Under the pieces are notes generated by a model. That model worked only from the letters and a program-made list of their open reading frames with translations. It was not told where the DNA came from and did not search any database. Source: Octopus sinensis (taxonomy: Eukaryota). From it: a stretch of 64,000 nt of DNA. Below are positions 51,061-64,000 of the stretch, piece after piece; position 1 is the stretch's first letter, and every line of letters starts with the position of its first letter. The stretch is from the NCBI RefSeq assembly GCF_006345805.1, contig NC_043020.1:30628001-30692000 (forward strand), in the 5' to 3' direction. The translations under genes were made by a program, and so were the position numbers.

Positions 51061-53548
51061 ATGTTGGTATGTTTACATTCCCATAACTTAGCAGTTTGGA
51101 AAAAGTGTTCAATAGGATAAGAACCGGGCTTAAAAAAAGAAAATGAAGTACAGGGGTTGATTCGTTCCACTAAAACTGCACAGCGCATTGCCCCAGCATG
51201 GCCACAATCTAATGAGTGAAAATAGGGCTGGAGTAGGGCTGTGAAATTAGAAAAAAGGGAGATTAAATAGGGCTGGAGTAGGACTATGAGATTAGAAAAA
51301 AGGGAGATTAAATCTTTTTGGTTGTTACTTGTAATTTAGTACAACATTGGCAGGAATTTTTTTTTTAACTATGTTACAGGCACTAGTGTAGCTAGAGTGA
51401 GTGCCACCCGGAGTGGCCCTTCCGTATGCCTCCCCCAGACCCCACACAAAACAAATATTGCCTACAGCAGATCCAAAAGTGCTTCCTTTGGATGGACTAC
51501 TCTTACTGCCCCACCCCCCTTAGCTATGCTAGTGGTTACAAGGTTTGTAAAAATACCAAGACCAGTTGTGAAGCAGTGGTAGAGGACAAACACGGATACA
51601 AAGGCACACACAAACACACAAAATTAAAGCCAGTCAACTGATTGGCAAAATCTTGTTCACCAGCTCACTGCAACCTCTAGCCTGCAAATGTAACATCTGC
51701 TCTCACCACCTGTTCTACCAACACTACAAGGACTTCCTTGAAAGTCAAATGTAAAGAGGGGTCTGTTAGAAGGAGACATCAAAAGAGAGAAACCAGCCAA
51801 TACCTGAGGACTTTGAACCCAGCTGGGCTTCAATTCTGATGTACTTGCAGCCAGAGTTCCTTTAAGTCTAAAACAGACTTACACGTCCATCTTAAAACAC
51901 ACAGATAAATTCAATGGAATCAAAATCTCAACACTGAGATATTAACGATGATGATGATGATGATGATGATAAATGATGACAATGACTTCTGCTCCTGTGA
52001 ACTAGCCAGTTACTCAACCCTTCCACCCAGGACCATCAGTTGCACCTGTCTCGCCTCCTCTCATTGAGCCAACTTTATCTTAATCCCTTCCTCCTCTCAG
52101 GCCCTAAACAAACCACTATCCAGTCATTCCTTCCTTTTTAAAGTTAATAATGAATGAGCAAAAGCAAGAGAAAAAAATACACAAAAGGAACAAGTATTCC
52201 TTTTGTTATTAGTCTTACACTTGAAAAAGAAGAGGAATGGGGTTTATGACGTTTTGGATATTAGTTTTTCATCAGAAAAAGAAAGAAGGTTGGCAGAAAA
52301 GAGGGAAGAAGAAAAATGTTTAGGTACGGACCTGATGGAAATGCGGTTCTATGGGGAGGAGTTAAGAGATGAAGAGGCAGCATGTTATGTGCATAAGAGA
52401 TTCTCTGTGTAAAGAGATGGGTAGAAGGGAAGATGCATGAGCGGTTTGGGTACAGGTCTTTAGTTGGGGCTGAGTGGATGTGGTGAAGGTGAGAGTGTGT
52501 GGATAGAGATAAAATAGCGGGATGGGGGGGGGGGGAGAACGGTGGAGAAAACGATGTGATGGATAAAAGAAAATAAAACTGGTACAAGTTCGGAGAAAAA
52601 GGTACAAAGTCGACGAAAAGTGGAGAAATACAAAGGCTAGATATGATATCCGAAAAATAAGTTGAGCGTGAAAGAGTATGTAAAAAGGCAAAGAGGAAAG
52701 GAACAGAATGGTTTTAAAAATATTCAAAGCACATAGAATGGTTAATGCGAATGGGAGAGTTGATTAAAAGTTGCAAAACTAGGGATTTGTGATATTAGAG
52801 TTTTTTATTTTTTTCATGCAATTTGTCCCAGGTCCCCCCAAATTTCGCCCCTCGTGGAAGCTCTTTCGTTTAGTCAAGCGTCCGGCCTCCTGCTTCAACC
52901 GCCTCTCAACAATAATTCACAGATCGGCAGATTTTTCTCCAGTTTTCACTCCTTTACCACACAAACCTTCTTGCTTTCAATACAAATCACAATTCAAGCA
53001 ACTACTGTAAATACCTGGTTAAGAAACAACAGGTTTTAAACGACCGTCTTACATTTTACTGTAGGAATTAGATATAAAAAAAGTAAAGGAAAAATAATGA
53101 GATCAACGAACGAAGTGGGAAAGCAACGAATCCTGCGGCCTTTCTATTCGAGACGAACCACACAATGACACGGAAAGCGAAATACTTTTAGGCCAAATAT
53201 TTAAAAATATATTACTAATGACTAAATAAATTAAAGATTAAGACCGTTCATTTAAATATTGATGATTATAACATTATTCCCGTCTTTAAAATATGTATAT
53301 ATTTTTTTTGCGTCTAACATTCATTATTGTTTAGTATTAATTATTTTCTCGCATTGTGAAAATGCTTTGATGATGTTATCATGCTGAGAAAATATTCTTT
53401 CTGAAGTTTGATTTTGAAAGATGAGTCGAGGTCGAAATCAATCAAGCTGATGATGACGACGTCGATTATGATGCAGGGATTGGCATGGGTGTAGTGTCGG
53501 ATACACACACACACACATATATATATAATATAAATATAATATATACAT

Positions 53549-53642
<94 letters not shown>

Positions 53643-53879
53643 GTACACGCACACACACAGCTCTCGCTCTCTCTCTCTTTATATATATACACGACTCATA
53701 TATATATATATATGCTTATATGAGTCGTGTGTGTCTATGAGAACATGTGTATTTCCTTGGATTCCAGATCATCCATATGTGTGTGTGTGTGTGTGTGTAC
53801 ATATATAAATACACACATACAAACGAATGGACATATCAAGTACACACACACACACACACACACGTATACATCTACAGTG

Positions 53880-53990
53880 CATTTGCAATTTAAACCAATG
53901 ATAGGCACGGATAACATTTGGTGCGTTATTCAATGGCAAGCCCGCAGCGAGGGACGTAGCAGTGGTGTTACGTCAGCACTTGACGAACGT
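53880..53990 (+). promoter_or_regulatory. Putative ARFGAP proximal promoter with CCAAT box and CRE/ATF-like site
   Basis: Unique CpG-containing island between microsatellites, 110-220 nt upstream of the ATG; CCAAT at 53895-53899 and TTACGTCA at 53968-53975. Confidence 0.35.
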
Positions 53991-54101
53991 ACACACACAC
54001 GCACACACATACACACACATACACAGCTCTCGCTCTCTATATATATTTATACACACACACACACACACATACATATCTACACGTACACACGCACCAAAGA
54101 G

Positions 54102-54173
54102 ATGGCGGAGCAACCGTCTAAGACAGATATTTCGGCTGTCTTCAAGCGACTTAAATCTATTCCATGTAACAAG
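54102..54173 (+). CDS. ARFGAP2: ADP-ribosylation factor GTPase-activating protein 2/3, coding exon 1 (MAEQPSKTDISAVFKRLKSIPCNK)
   Basis: AAGAGATGG Kozak-like start; 24 codons then AAG|GTAACA donor. Resembles the ARFGAP2/3 N-terminus (xxxPxKxEIxxxFKRLRxxPTNK) that precedes the CFDC zinc finger. No CFDC exon was found in 54174-64000, so intron 1 would be >9.8 kb. Probably a co-orthologue of ARFGAP2 and ARFGAP3. Confidence 0.85.
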
Positions 54174-54356
54174 GTAACACCACTTCACAGCTTCTCTTCT
54201 CTTCTTTATCCGCTGACATTTCCTAATATTTATTTTGCTTCTCTCCACCATTCTACAGCCAGTCCTCTCATCTCTGCGCTGCTTACATACGTATCTCTTG
54301 TATATAGAGATTTTATATATATATGTTATATATGTTATGTATATATGTTTATATAC

Positions 54357-54408
<52 letters not shown>

Positions 54409-55392
54409 GTATATGTTATATATATATATTCGTGGCTACTGTCAATCGAAGCTGTCCAAATTTGTGCTTTGCCCTCTTCCCTGTCTCCAGCTGTTGTCAG
54501 TTTATAATGGATTTGTATTTAATAAGAATAATAATAATTTCTTTTGCTTTCACACCTTGACGAGTAAATCAGTTTTCATAGATTGAAATAATTATAAATA
54601 TACAGAAAAAAAATATATATGAAATCAACCCAGATGTGATTCGAACTGGAGATCCTAAATAGAAATGGGTCTTATAATCATAGTAAAGACCTGACATTTG
54701 GGAGTAGGGTCCAGTCAGTGACCTCGACCCCCAGTGCTCACCTTATTTTATCGAACCCGAAAGGATGACAGTTGACCTCGGTAGGATTCGAACCCCAGAA
54801 CACAATGTTTATTGTAATAATAATTATTGTTATTCTGGAATTTGTGAGAGCGGATTAGTGGTTGCCTCGACCCAGTATATGACTGGTACATAATTCAATT
54901 GATCCCTTCGCTTGGAGTATAATTGATTCAGTCGGTCCCAGGATATAATTGCTTCTTAATTAAACAACAACGGACTGTCAGAAAGAAACAAAGAAATCCA
55001 GATTGAAAGACGAATTTGGATTTGGACACAAAATGTTGAGAAGGGAATTCAGTCGAGGAATATTGATAAGGCTTTCTTTTCATGTGTCACGATGCCAAAT
55101 TTTCAAAGGTTTTCTGTGAGTTTTGGGGAAATGGTTGAGTGAAAGGACATCAGTGTCTTTCTCTACTGTTTACAGAGTCAAACGAGAGAAGGTTTTTATG
55201 TGGCCGCTCGATATGCTAGAAATAACAGCTAAATCTCCCTAAAAATCACACCCTAGGGTCTTAAAATAAAGGACAGCTGGATAATGTTATCCTTGGTGTG
55301 CCACTGAAAAGACGGTGGAATTCCTTCGATCACAGATCTGCTTGGTTAAGTTTTGAACTGGGCAACACAGCAACGACTGTGAACGATTGGTT

Positions 55393-55458
<66 letters not shown>

Positions 55459-55684
55459 AATTTTAAATTAGGGTATCTCCGAGATACCACCATCCTGAAA
55501 TAGCCGTGAACCGACTCTAAAACCACCTTCAGTTGAGTCAGTTCACGGCTGCTATTTTCAGCATGGTGGTATCTCGTAGATACCCTAATTTATAATTTTA
55601 ATAATTATTACCTTTGAAGGTTATTTTTTCCATGCTGACCACTTGATAAGATCGTTATTTTATTTTAAATTAACGATCTTATCC

Positions 55685-55721
<37 letters not shown>

Positions 55722-56299
55722 AGCAACATACACACACACACATGAACTGTTTACAATCACCATAACTTAATAGGATGGGATAAGCAAGGGATGGTTAGGA
55801 AAATAAGAGTAAATAAACTACATCAAAAACCAAATCTTCATACAGTTATCTCCTATCGATTCAAGGTAAGAAAACAGTGGAAAAAACACTGGCGAAGCTT
55901 TGGAGAATTCTATTATTATTATTTTTATATAAAGCTCAAACCTAGCTTGACTTGATCTGCTCCTTCTGGGCAGGTTCTTGAATGTAGGTTGTTTTTCTCT
56001 CCTTATTAAATATACATCTTATAGTGGTTGGGGGGGGGGGGTTATGGCTACGATTAACCTATTCTGAAAAATTCTATTTCATGTGTGTGTGAATTTATAT
56101 ACGGTAAAACTCAATGCGTAAATTAAGAGTGTGTGTATGTATATATATATGTGTGTGTGTATGTATGTATATATATAACCTTTTACTCAAAGCACTAAAT
56201 TCAAGATCCTAGTGTTTCGGCCAAAGGAGCCTGTCAGTTTGACAAGTACCCAGGATTTGAGAATCTAATTGACAACTAGTGAAAATATTTTACAGACAT

Positions 56300-56363
<64 letters not shown>

Positions 56364-57908
56364 GCGTGTGTGGTTGCCATTAATTTTGCCCAATTTGGGG
56401 CGAAGCTTATAATAATATTAAACAAACAACAAAATATTGGACCCACTAATTTGGGTGTCAATACTGTTTGATAACATTGCTCGTGTCCCAGTCAAAACCT
56501 ATTTTTATAATAAATGAGTGTTTTTTGTATTGAATTTCTCCATACACTGATATTTCGTTCTTAAAACTCTTTCAAAATAACAACCCCCAACAAAATGAAC
56601 TTCTGTACTGAACAATTGATCAAGCTTTGTTGTTTGGATTTGGCTACACCTCTTCACTGCCTGCTCACCTTCTCTTCCTGCTCGGTCCGTTTGTTAATCG
56701 CAACCACTTGTAGCTATTCTCACTCCTCCAACCTCTCATATTTATTCTCTTATTTACCACTCTCCGACTGATGACTTGGCACTACGTGTGAATGCGCGTG
56801 CTGCTGCTGCTGGTGGAAAACTATCAATCATTCTCAACAGCTGTGTAATAGGTTTTATTGTGTGGCTTCATTATTAAAACACTAATCGCCACCGACAGCT
56901 CAACACCTCCGCCTATTTACGCAATCGTTGACCTGTTGGATATAACAGCCAAACCGCCCTCAAATCCAACCGTATTATCTCCATAATGATAATAATCCTT
57001 TCTATTATAAGCACAAGATTCGAAATTGTGACGGATGGGGTCTAGTTGATTACTTCGACCCCAGTGTGTCACTAGTACTTAATTTATCGACTCCGAAAGG
57101 ATGAAAGGCAAAGTCTACCTCGACGGAATTGAACTAAGCCTTTTGCCCGGCGTGCTAACGATTCTTCCAGCTCGCCGTCTTAATGATATTATTAATAATT
57201 ATTATTATATTAATTTAAGATATGGAGAGGTCGTATTGTAGTCTCGATAAAAAGAAAAAAGATGCTTACGGCTAGAACTCCTTTGGTTATAAAAACAGAA
57301 TTTTCCTTTTCCTCTTAATTTTTTTTTTTCCTAATTTTAGTCCTGTACACAGAGGGATTAGCCAAGTACTGACACCCTACCAATTAACTCATAAACGTGA
57401 AGAGAGGGGTGGGTGGCGTTTGAGGTATTGTTTAATCAATTTAACCCCCAAGTATTATTATATGTTTAGTGGTATTTAGCTTGGAAGGTTAACGTGATCG
57501 CTTGATCTACCAGAAATCACCACCGGAGTTTCCCCGAAATCATATCCGAGCATCTTAAAACAAAACAAGGACGCAAACTGATAATGTAAAGCCCTAAAAA
57601 GGACGTCGCACACAAGCAGGCGCGGGCGGGCGGGCACTGCTGGAAACGTCTTTGATCATAGGTTTACCTGTCTGGATCTCAGTAAGAACCACCACTACCA
57701 CCGGCCCTTGTTTTATCGACCTCTGGTGGGACTTTAGCAGAAAAATGCAGGAAGGGCTGAAATGAAAACCTTAATGCTTTAGCTTTCTAACCCTGTCTGT
57801 CCCCGTTAATACTTTTGTTTGGGTTTGAAGAGAATATTTCACGCTATAAACATGGTTGGATATCGAAATGGAAGTTCATTTCATTTAGTATCCTCGACTG
57901 ATTCATCA

Positions 57909-57944
<36 letters not shown>

Positions 57945-58849
57945 GTCACATGATCCATTTTTTCCATTCAGTGAGTTTTCATTATATTCCAAATGACAGA
58001 ATTGATTTTTCTCTCTATTTTCTCAATTGTCAGTAAATACATTCACCTTCATTTTCGATTACCATTTTCGATTATACAATTCTTGCCACTTATCACACTT
58101 CGATGTTACTCTTGTTGTCTAACCCCGATCGGCTCTGCTCAAACAAACCTACAATCAAAAGCATTTCAACCATAATCAAATCTGGGTTTATATTTTTGTA
58201 GATGGATACAAACAGAGTGTATCTAACACTATCCAGAGTTCCCCTTTTCTTACGGTAGAGCTGTATTTCTTAGACTCTGTGTTGTTTATTCGAAAAGTGA
58301 CAAAATCTGTGGTTTGATGTGTTTAGTTACCTCCCCCTTTACCTTGTGTCTGTGTGTGTGTGAAATAATGTTTAAAATGAAGATTTTCCGGAATCGTAAC
58401 ACCATCTTTAGAGAGTAATGTTTACAATATAAATATTGGTTCCCTATTTTTGGTACAAGGCCAGCGATTTCGAGGAAGGGGCTGAAAAGCAAAGTCGACC
58501 TTGGCGGAATTTGAACTCAGAGCGTAATTACCGAGGAAATGCTAAGCATTTTGTTCCACGTACTAATTATTCTGCCAGCTCGCCGCCTTATTGACAATAT
58601 AAATATTAGACGATCGGTTAGCGGAATCAGAAAATATCAGACAAAACTCCTTATAGTATTTGGCTTTCTTTTTACGAACTGAGTTCAAATGAGGCCTGTA
58701 GTTTGTTGCTGCTAGAAATCAAACTGGGACTTGACTAACTCCGGCTGAGTCAGATGGGCGAGAGAGTCTGATGTTGAACATAAGACGCCACCCCCACCCA
58801 CCAAGAACATCACTAACGATGCATCGGAACCTGATCATCAAAAACAATC

Positions 58850-59160
58850 ATTCTCCTGTCATATCATTCTTGGTCTACCCCTATGTCTCCTGCCAGTTGG
58901 CTCCGCTTGAAGAATCTTGCAATCCTTTCCTGTAACATTTTAACCCCATGTCCATAGTACAGCAAATAGACAACATATTTTTCAGGATGTAAGACACTTA
59001 ATGAACTCTATCAATTTCCCCATTCTTCAAGAAATTATAACGTCTTTGAAAAGCAATAAAAATTGACATAAGAAAACACTTGCCTCCTAGCTGCTCTCTA
59101 CTCCATCAGTTAAGATCAACACGATGTTGTTCTACTGACATTAACACAAAGAGGATGTCC
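58850..59160 (-). mobile_element. RTE-type LINE 3' fragment
   Basis: Minus strand has YYGHGVKM (WxGHVxRM-like) and GDIGVDQE (GRPR-like) remnants. Confidence 0.4.
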
Positions 59161-62100
59161 CTGTGTGCTTTCTTTTCTCTGCTCCCTTCCTTAAAGTGAA
59201 TTTTTATGTCCTATTACAGACCAACAAAGCATTCATAATATTTTTGATTAAACCTCAAGGCAAAATAATGACTGTGTGAAGAAAGTGCACTCCTTTAATG
59301 TAATGTATATATTCTGATAAAATATCTAACAATATTGAAAAGAGAATTATCTCGGCTCAAATGTCTCTCTTTGTAACCATGTGGTTTTAGGTTCAATTCC
59401 ACTGCACAACACTTGGGGCAAGAGATTCTATAACTCTGAAGTTTACCAGTGCCTTGCATGTGAATTTGGTAAACAGAAACTGTGTGGCAGTTCTGTGTGT
59501 GTTTGTCCTCACTACTACTTGACAGTTGGTGTTAGGGTTGTTTATATCTCAGTAACTTAATCATCTAGCGAAAGATTTAGATAAATTACATATGACACTT
59601 GGAAAAAAAAAAGTGCTGAAGTTAATTTGTTTCACTAAACAGTTTAAGAGAGTGTCCTATCAATGCCATAGTCCAATAACTGAAACCAGAAACAGAAAAG
59701 ATAGACATCCACACCAAATTGTGTCCTCCACATACGAGAAGGTTGTTGCAGTTTATAATAGAAACAAAAAAGTTTTTTTTTAATCTGTTAGGATTATTGG
59801 ATATGTTCTGAGCCAAAACCTAAATTCAGAATGCATTTCATTAGGTTTCATTGGACCTAATGAGTTACTATCTCTAAACAAATGTTTCTTCAGTAGCAGT
59901 TGATGACCATTCACTTGTATCCTTTTGATTTTCTTTATACGGATATCATCTCTCAAATCCTTGTCTCGAAAAGATATTTTTCTTGTTAGAACTCCTGTTG
60001 CTGCCCACAGTGACACAGGAGCTTAATTCATGTTTACATAAGTGAATTGTTTTTTGTTTTTTGAACAAGGGCTTATGCACACAAGAATTAACCCTAGAGG
60101 AAATGGGCAATGTGAACATGCCACTTGGACAAAAGTTGGTATTGTTAGCTTTGAAGTCCTGGACTCTTTCAGGATCTCACTGGGAAGATATTCTTTTTGG
60201 AATACTTCATTTAGTCTGGTCTCTGCTCTCAGCTGGTTGTCTTTCTTTAAATAAACATGTATACACTTAAAAAGGTGATCCTTTATTTGAAGAAACTCAA
60301 CTACTAGATTTTAAATGACAACTTTATCTTCATTCAGAAAAATGATAATAAACACTGTCTCACTTCTAATTCCTCATGATGCCCCACATATCCAAGTGAA
60401 ATAGTTACTTACAGGGTCTGAATTTTCTAATTGCTGATTCAGTTCTACATCTTAGTATCACTCAGGGTTACTCAGCCTTCCTCCCATGATACTATTTCTC
60501 AAACAGTAGACCTCTTGGAGTAACAGAAATATTTTATTTATGGATGAATTTCTTTTAAACAGAACCATTAGATTTATTATTATGTGCAATTGTACAAACA
60601 TAAAATTTAATTCCAGAACAGAATTGTAACATTACTATTACATTTAAAGTTGCATAAGTTTTCTTTTTTTTTTTTGGTTTTTCTTTTTGTGCTTTTCCTT
60701 AATGAAGGGTAAATGTTGTGATTCTATGTTCTTTTAACAAGTGATGTCTCATGTAATGGTTGAGGGCAATGTTGAGCCGTAGTAAGATTCCTTAAAGTCT
60801 TTCATGTGCAGTTATGTTATTAGGAAGTAAAATAAAGAATAGATCTGATCTGTTTCAATCAATTTAATTTCCACTTCTGTCATTGGATGTTGTATTCCTG
60901 TGGGTGTATAATATAATCGACATCATCATTTTAACTCCCACATTTCCATGCTTGCAAGAGTCAGATGAAATTTGTTGAGGCAGATTTTCTACCGCTGGAT
61001 GTTCTTCCTGTCTCCAAATCTCCACTGTTTCTAAAGCTAATATTTCCCCTAGTCTAGACATGTTTTCACTTAAGATTACAAACAAACACCATCACTTATA
61101 AGTTTCGTTTATAATTAGCATGTTTCTAAACATGGTGCCAATATATATATACACTCTTGTGTATATTTACAATAGATGACCTTGTGCCTATGTTAGAGAT
61201 CAGTGTTGCCGTTGCTTAACCCAAAGCCGACTCTGAATGAGACAGTCTGTGATCGAAGTGATGTATCGTAATGTGTCCTTTTATTGTCTCAAAGGTATTT
61301 GGTAAATTCAACTGTCATTCCTTGTAGGTCATGTGACCAAATAGAAGCTTCCTTACCTTTTTTGACGACTTCTGGACACCTCATTTCTCTTATCTATCTC
61401 TCACAGCTCCCACTGAACTTTTATCTCCCTTCCCCACTTGTAAGTAACTGTGCAGTTCTTCTACAACAACCGGCATTCCTCCCCCTTCATTCCCTAGCAT
61501 AAAGCTAACCCCTATCCTCTTGGGGGTTTGTTGTCTTGCAAGTTGCATAGCAACATTCATAGTTCTGGTGGCATGAAAAATGCACCCTGTACACCCTGTA
61601 AAGTGGTTAGTATTAGGAAGGGCATCAAGCCATAGAAACCATGCTATAGCAGACGTTAGAGCATGATGCAGTCTGTGGACCCATCAGATCCTCTCAGATC
61701 CTGTTCAAATTGTTAATTTATGATGACAAATGTTGGATAAAATGTATAACAATATTTAGTTCCAACCGATTACATTCTGAATTCAAATCTCACCAAGGTC
61801 AGTTTGCCATTCAACTTCCCAGGGTCACTAAAATAAAGTACCAGCCACATACTGAGATCAATATAGTCTGTTGCACTCTGCTCCAAATATCTGACCTTGT
61901 GCTTGTATAAGAAATCATTCTAGCCTTGTAGTATTTAGTGGCTCTGGTAAAGACTTCAGGTTTCTTAGTATTGAATCCAACATCTTATAGCACTTAAAAT
62001 GAAACGATGATTGTAATGATGGCAATAATTATTTCCGATTCTAGCACACAACCAGAAATTTTTAGCGGGGAGGGTTAGTTTGATACCATCAACCCCAGTA

Positions 62101-62507
62101 CATGATTAGTGCTTTATTTTATCAGCCCTTGAGGTATGAAAGGGCTAGTTGACATCAGCAGGATTTGAACTCAGAATGTAAAGAACTAGAACAGATATCA
62201 CAAGGCATCTTCTCACAGAATTTTGAATATGAGTGACACTGTTTCCTTGATAGTGACACTCACTTCTGTCAACACAATGTCACAACTGTCAACAGAATAT
62301 CAATACAAAGCGATGAGCACACACACGCACACACGCACACACACAGACACACACACACACAAAACAGGCTTCTTTTATCAAGGCTTTATTCAACACAGTG
62401 CTATAAGAGAAGACAGTTAACTCAGGTGCCACACTGTGGGACTGAACTTGAAACCATGTGGTTTGGAAGCAAAATAGTTAAAAGAAAAAAGTCCACCAAA
62501 ATATGTG

Positions 62508-63350
62508 TATACTAGCTGACGTACCCGGTAGTTCCCAGGAAAGCAGAGCTTATCCCTTGGTTCCGTTCTCATAATTGTTTCGTTAATCTAATAACAACAA
62601 TACAAAGTATGTAGCCTTTAAAATGGGTTTTTGTGCATTTACAGAGAATATCGAACTGTCTTACACAGGATCTTGTTTTTAAGAATACCCAATAAGTTAT
62701 GAATACCCAAATTGTGAAGTCAGTTATGTAATAATTTGAAATTAGTTACCCTATAGTAAGAATTCAAATAGAGTAGCTCCGAAAAGGGCTTTAATGCATT
62801 CCTAGAATATATAGAACATAGGAGGAAATACTGATTAGGTATGTATACTAAAATTGTGAAGCATGTTACGTAATAACAGGCTAATCAGATATGAGATAAT
62901 AACAATTCAAAGTAAATTACTCTGAAAAGGGCTTTTGTGCATTCCCAGAGAATATTACCCTCAGTGGTGCTAGTGTTGGTATACTTGTGAATAAGTGATT
63001 GTATTGTTTAGGAAAATACTATTTACTTGTTTAAGGGTTGTACTGGATAAATTGCCAAAATAACTCTAACAGTTCAAATACTAAGAAATAAGTTTGATTT
63101 ATAAGTTTGATTTATACCAAATAATTTAGGAAAATGAATGGGTTATTTCGCTTGACTTTTAAAATAAAATGTATTGGATATATACAAGGATCCCTTCCAG
63201 GAGCCCTATTATCGATATTTTTTCAACAATCTGAATATGCTCTACATGAGTTCTTTTCATGTGTCAAGTTTCATCAAAATTGATTGAACGATGTAGAAGT
63301 TAGCGAACTACTCCACAAACGCACCCACAGACACAATTTTCCGCATATGT
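62508..63350 (+). mobile_element. Larger Helitron/Helentron-like non-autonomous element with internal ~150-bp degenerate repeats
   Basis: TATACTAGCTGACGTACCCGGTAGTTCCCAGG start; three GCATT..AGAATAT-bearing units (~62630, 62790, 62930); AAGTTTCATCAAAATTGATTGAACG...CACAAACGCACCCACAGACAC end. Confidence 0.55.
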
Positions 63351-64000
63351 GCCCAGAAAAATAAAATTCCTGTCCATGAACACCTCTCTCTCCCACACCC
63401 CATCTATCCTCACCACTGATGTGTACCTCCTCTATTCTCCTTCACATGTCCATCTACCTAACTGTTAAATCCTTCCCCTCACCTAACTCCCACTTGTTTC
63501 AAAACCTTATGAACTCACCCACCTACCCACCCTCTCTACTCCCTGCTACATTCCACTATATACATCACCTTTTAACTCACCCCCTTCTCCCTCTCTGTCA
63601 CATCATCACCCTCTTTCTCTCCCCTCTTTCATCTAAGGAAACCATATCTCTCTCCTACATTTTCTGTCCCTCAGTACTATTCCCTCTATTTGAGAGGTCT
63701 TGTCCTGCCAGTTACTTTCTGACCTCACAGCTGGTGCCACAAAAATAGCACCCAGTCCACACTCTGTAAAGTGATTGGCATTAGGAAGGGCATCCAGCCA
63801 GAGAATCCATGCCAAAACAGACAGCAGAACTTGGTGTAGCCTTCTAACTTACCTGTTCCTGTCAAACTGTCCAACCCATGCCTGCATGGAAAATGAACAT
63901 TAAATGATGATGTATGTATGTTGTGTGTGTGTGTGTATGAGTCAATGGACAAATGAAAGAAAAGGGTGCTTAAAACATTTAGCATTCCAGAAGCCTGAAG

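Noticed and set aside
51220-51313. 45-bp tandem duplication (also small duplications at ~7085-7390 and ~22034-22160)
   Set aside because: Ordinary local slippage duplications with no further structure.
53727-54560. 277-aa ORF as a full protein
   Set aside because: Only 54102-54173 is ARFGAP-like; the rest is microsatellite UTR and intron read-through past a GT donor.
59590-60020. piggyBac transposase remnant (VVAVYNRN...)
   Set aside because: Resemblance to the YNxxMGGVD motif is too weak and no termini were found; BLASTX is needed.

Overview
Repeat- and microsatellite-dense, AT-rich eukaryotic genomic DNA. It is most likely from an octopus, inferred from the SINE families, the TE spectrum and the microsatellite load. 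Two genes are visible. (1) A minus-strand alpha-tocopherol-transfer-protein-like (TTPAL-type CRAL-TRIO) gene. I assembled six coding exons by hand with GT/AG junctions and matching phases (20038-19897, 18401-18168, 12849-12773, 10695-10579, 5595-5485, 3006-2905; 261 codons); the last exon lies off the left edge. (2) The first coding exon of an ARFGAP2/3 orthologue on the plus strand (54102-54173); exon 2 was not found in the window. The rest is decayed TEs (HERO, R4/Dong, RTE and CR1/L2-type LINEs, Penelope-like fragments, Tc1/mariner remnants, hAT/piggyBac MITEs, Helitron-like elements, about four SINE families) plus simple repeats. The most unusual structure is a 3,085-bp non-coding foldback element (44426-47510). 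It has ~1.4-kb inverted arms, an 8-bp TSD and Merlin-like GGTAA termini, and it is built from nested palindromes. An intact 34-bp copy of its pre-insertion site sits ~240 bp away inside a neighbouring MITE. All calls were made by eye and no database searches were run.
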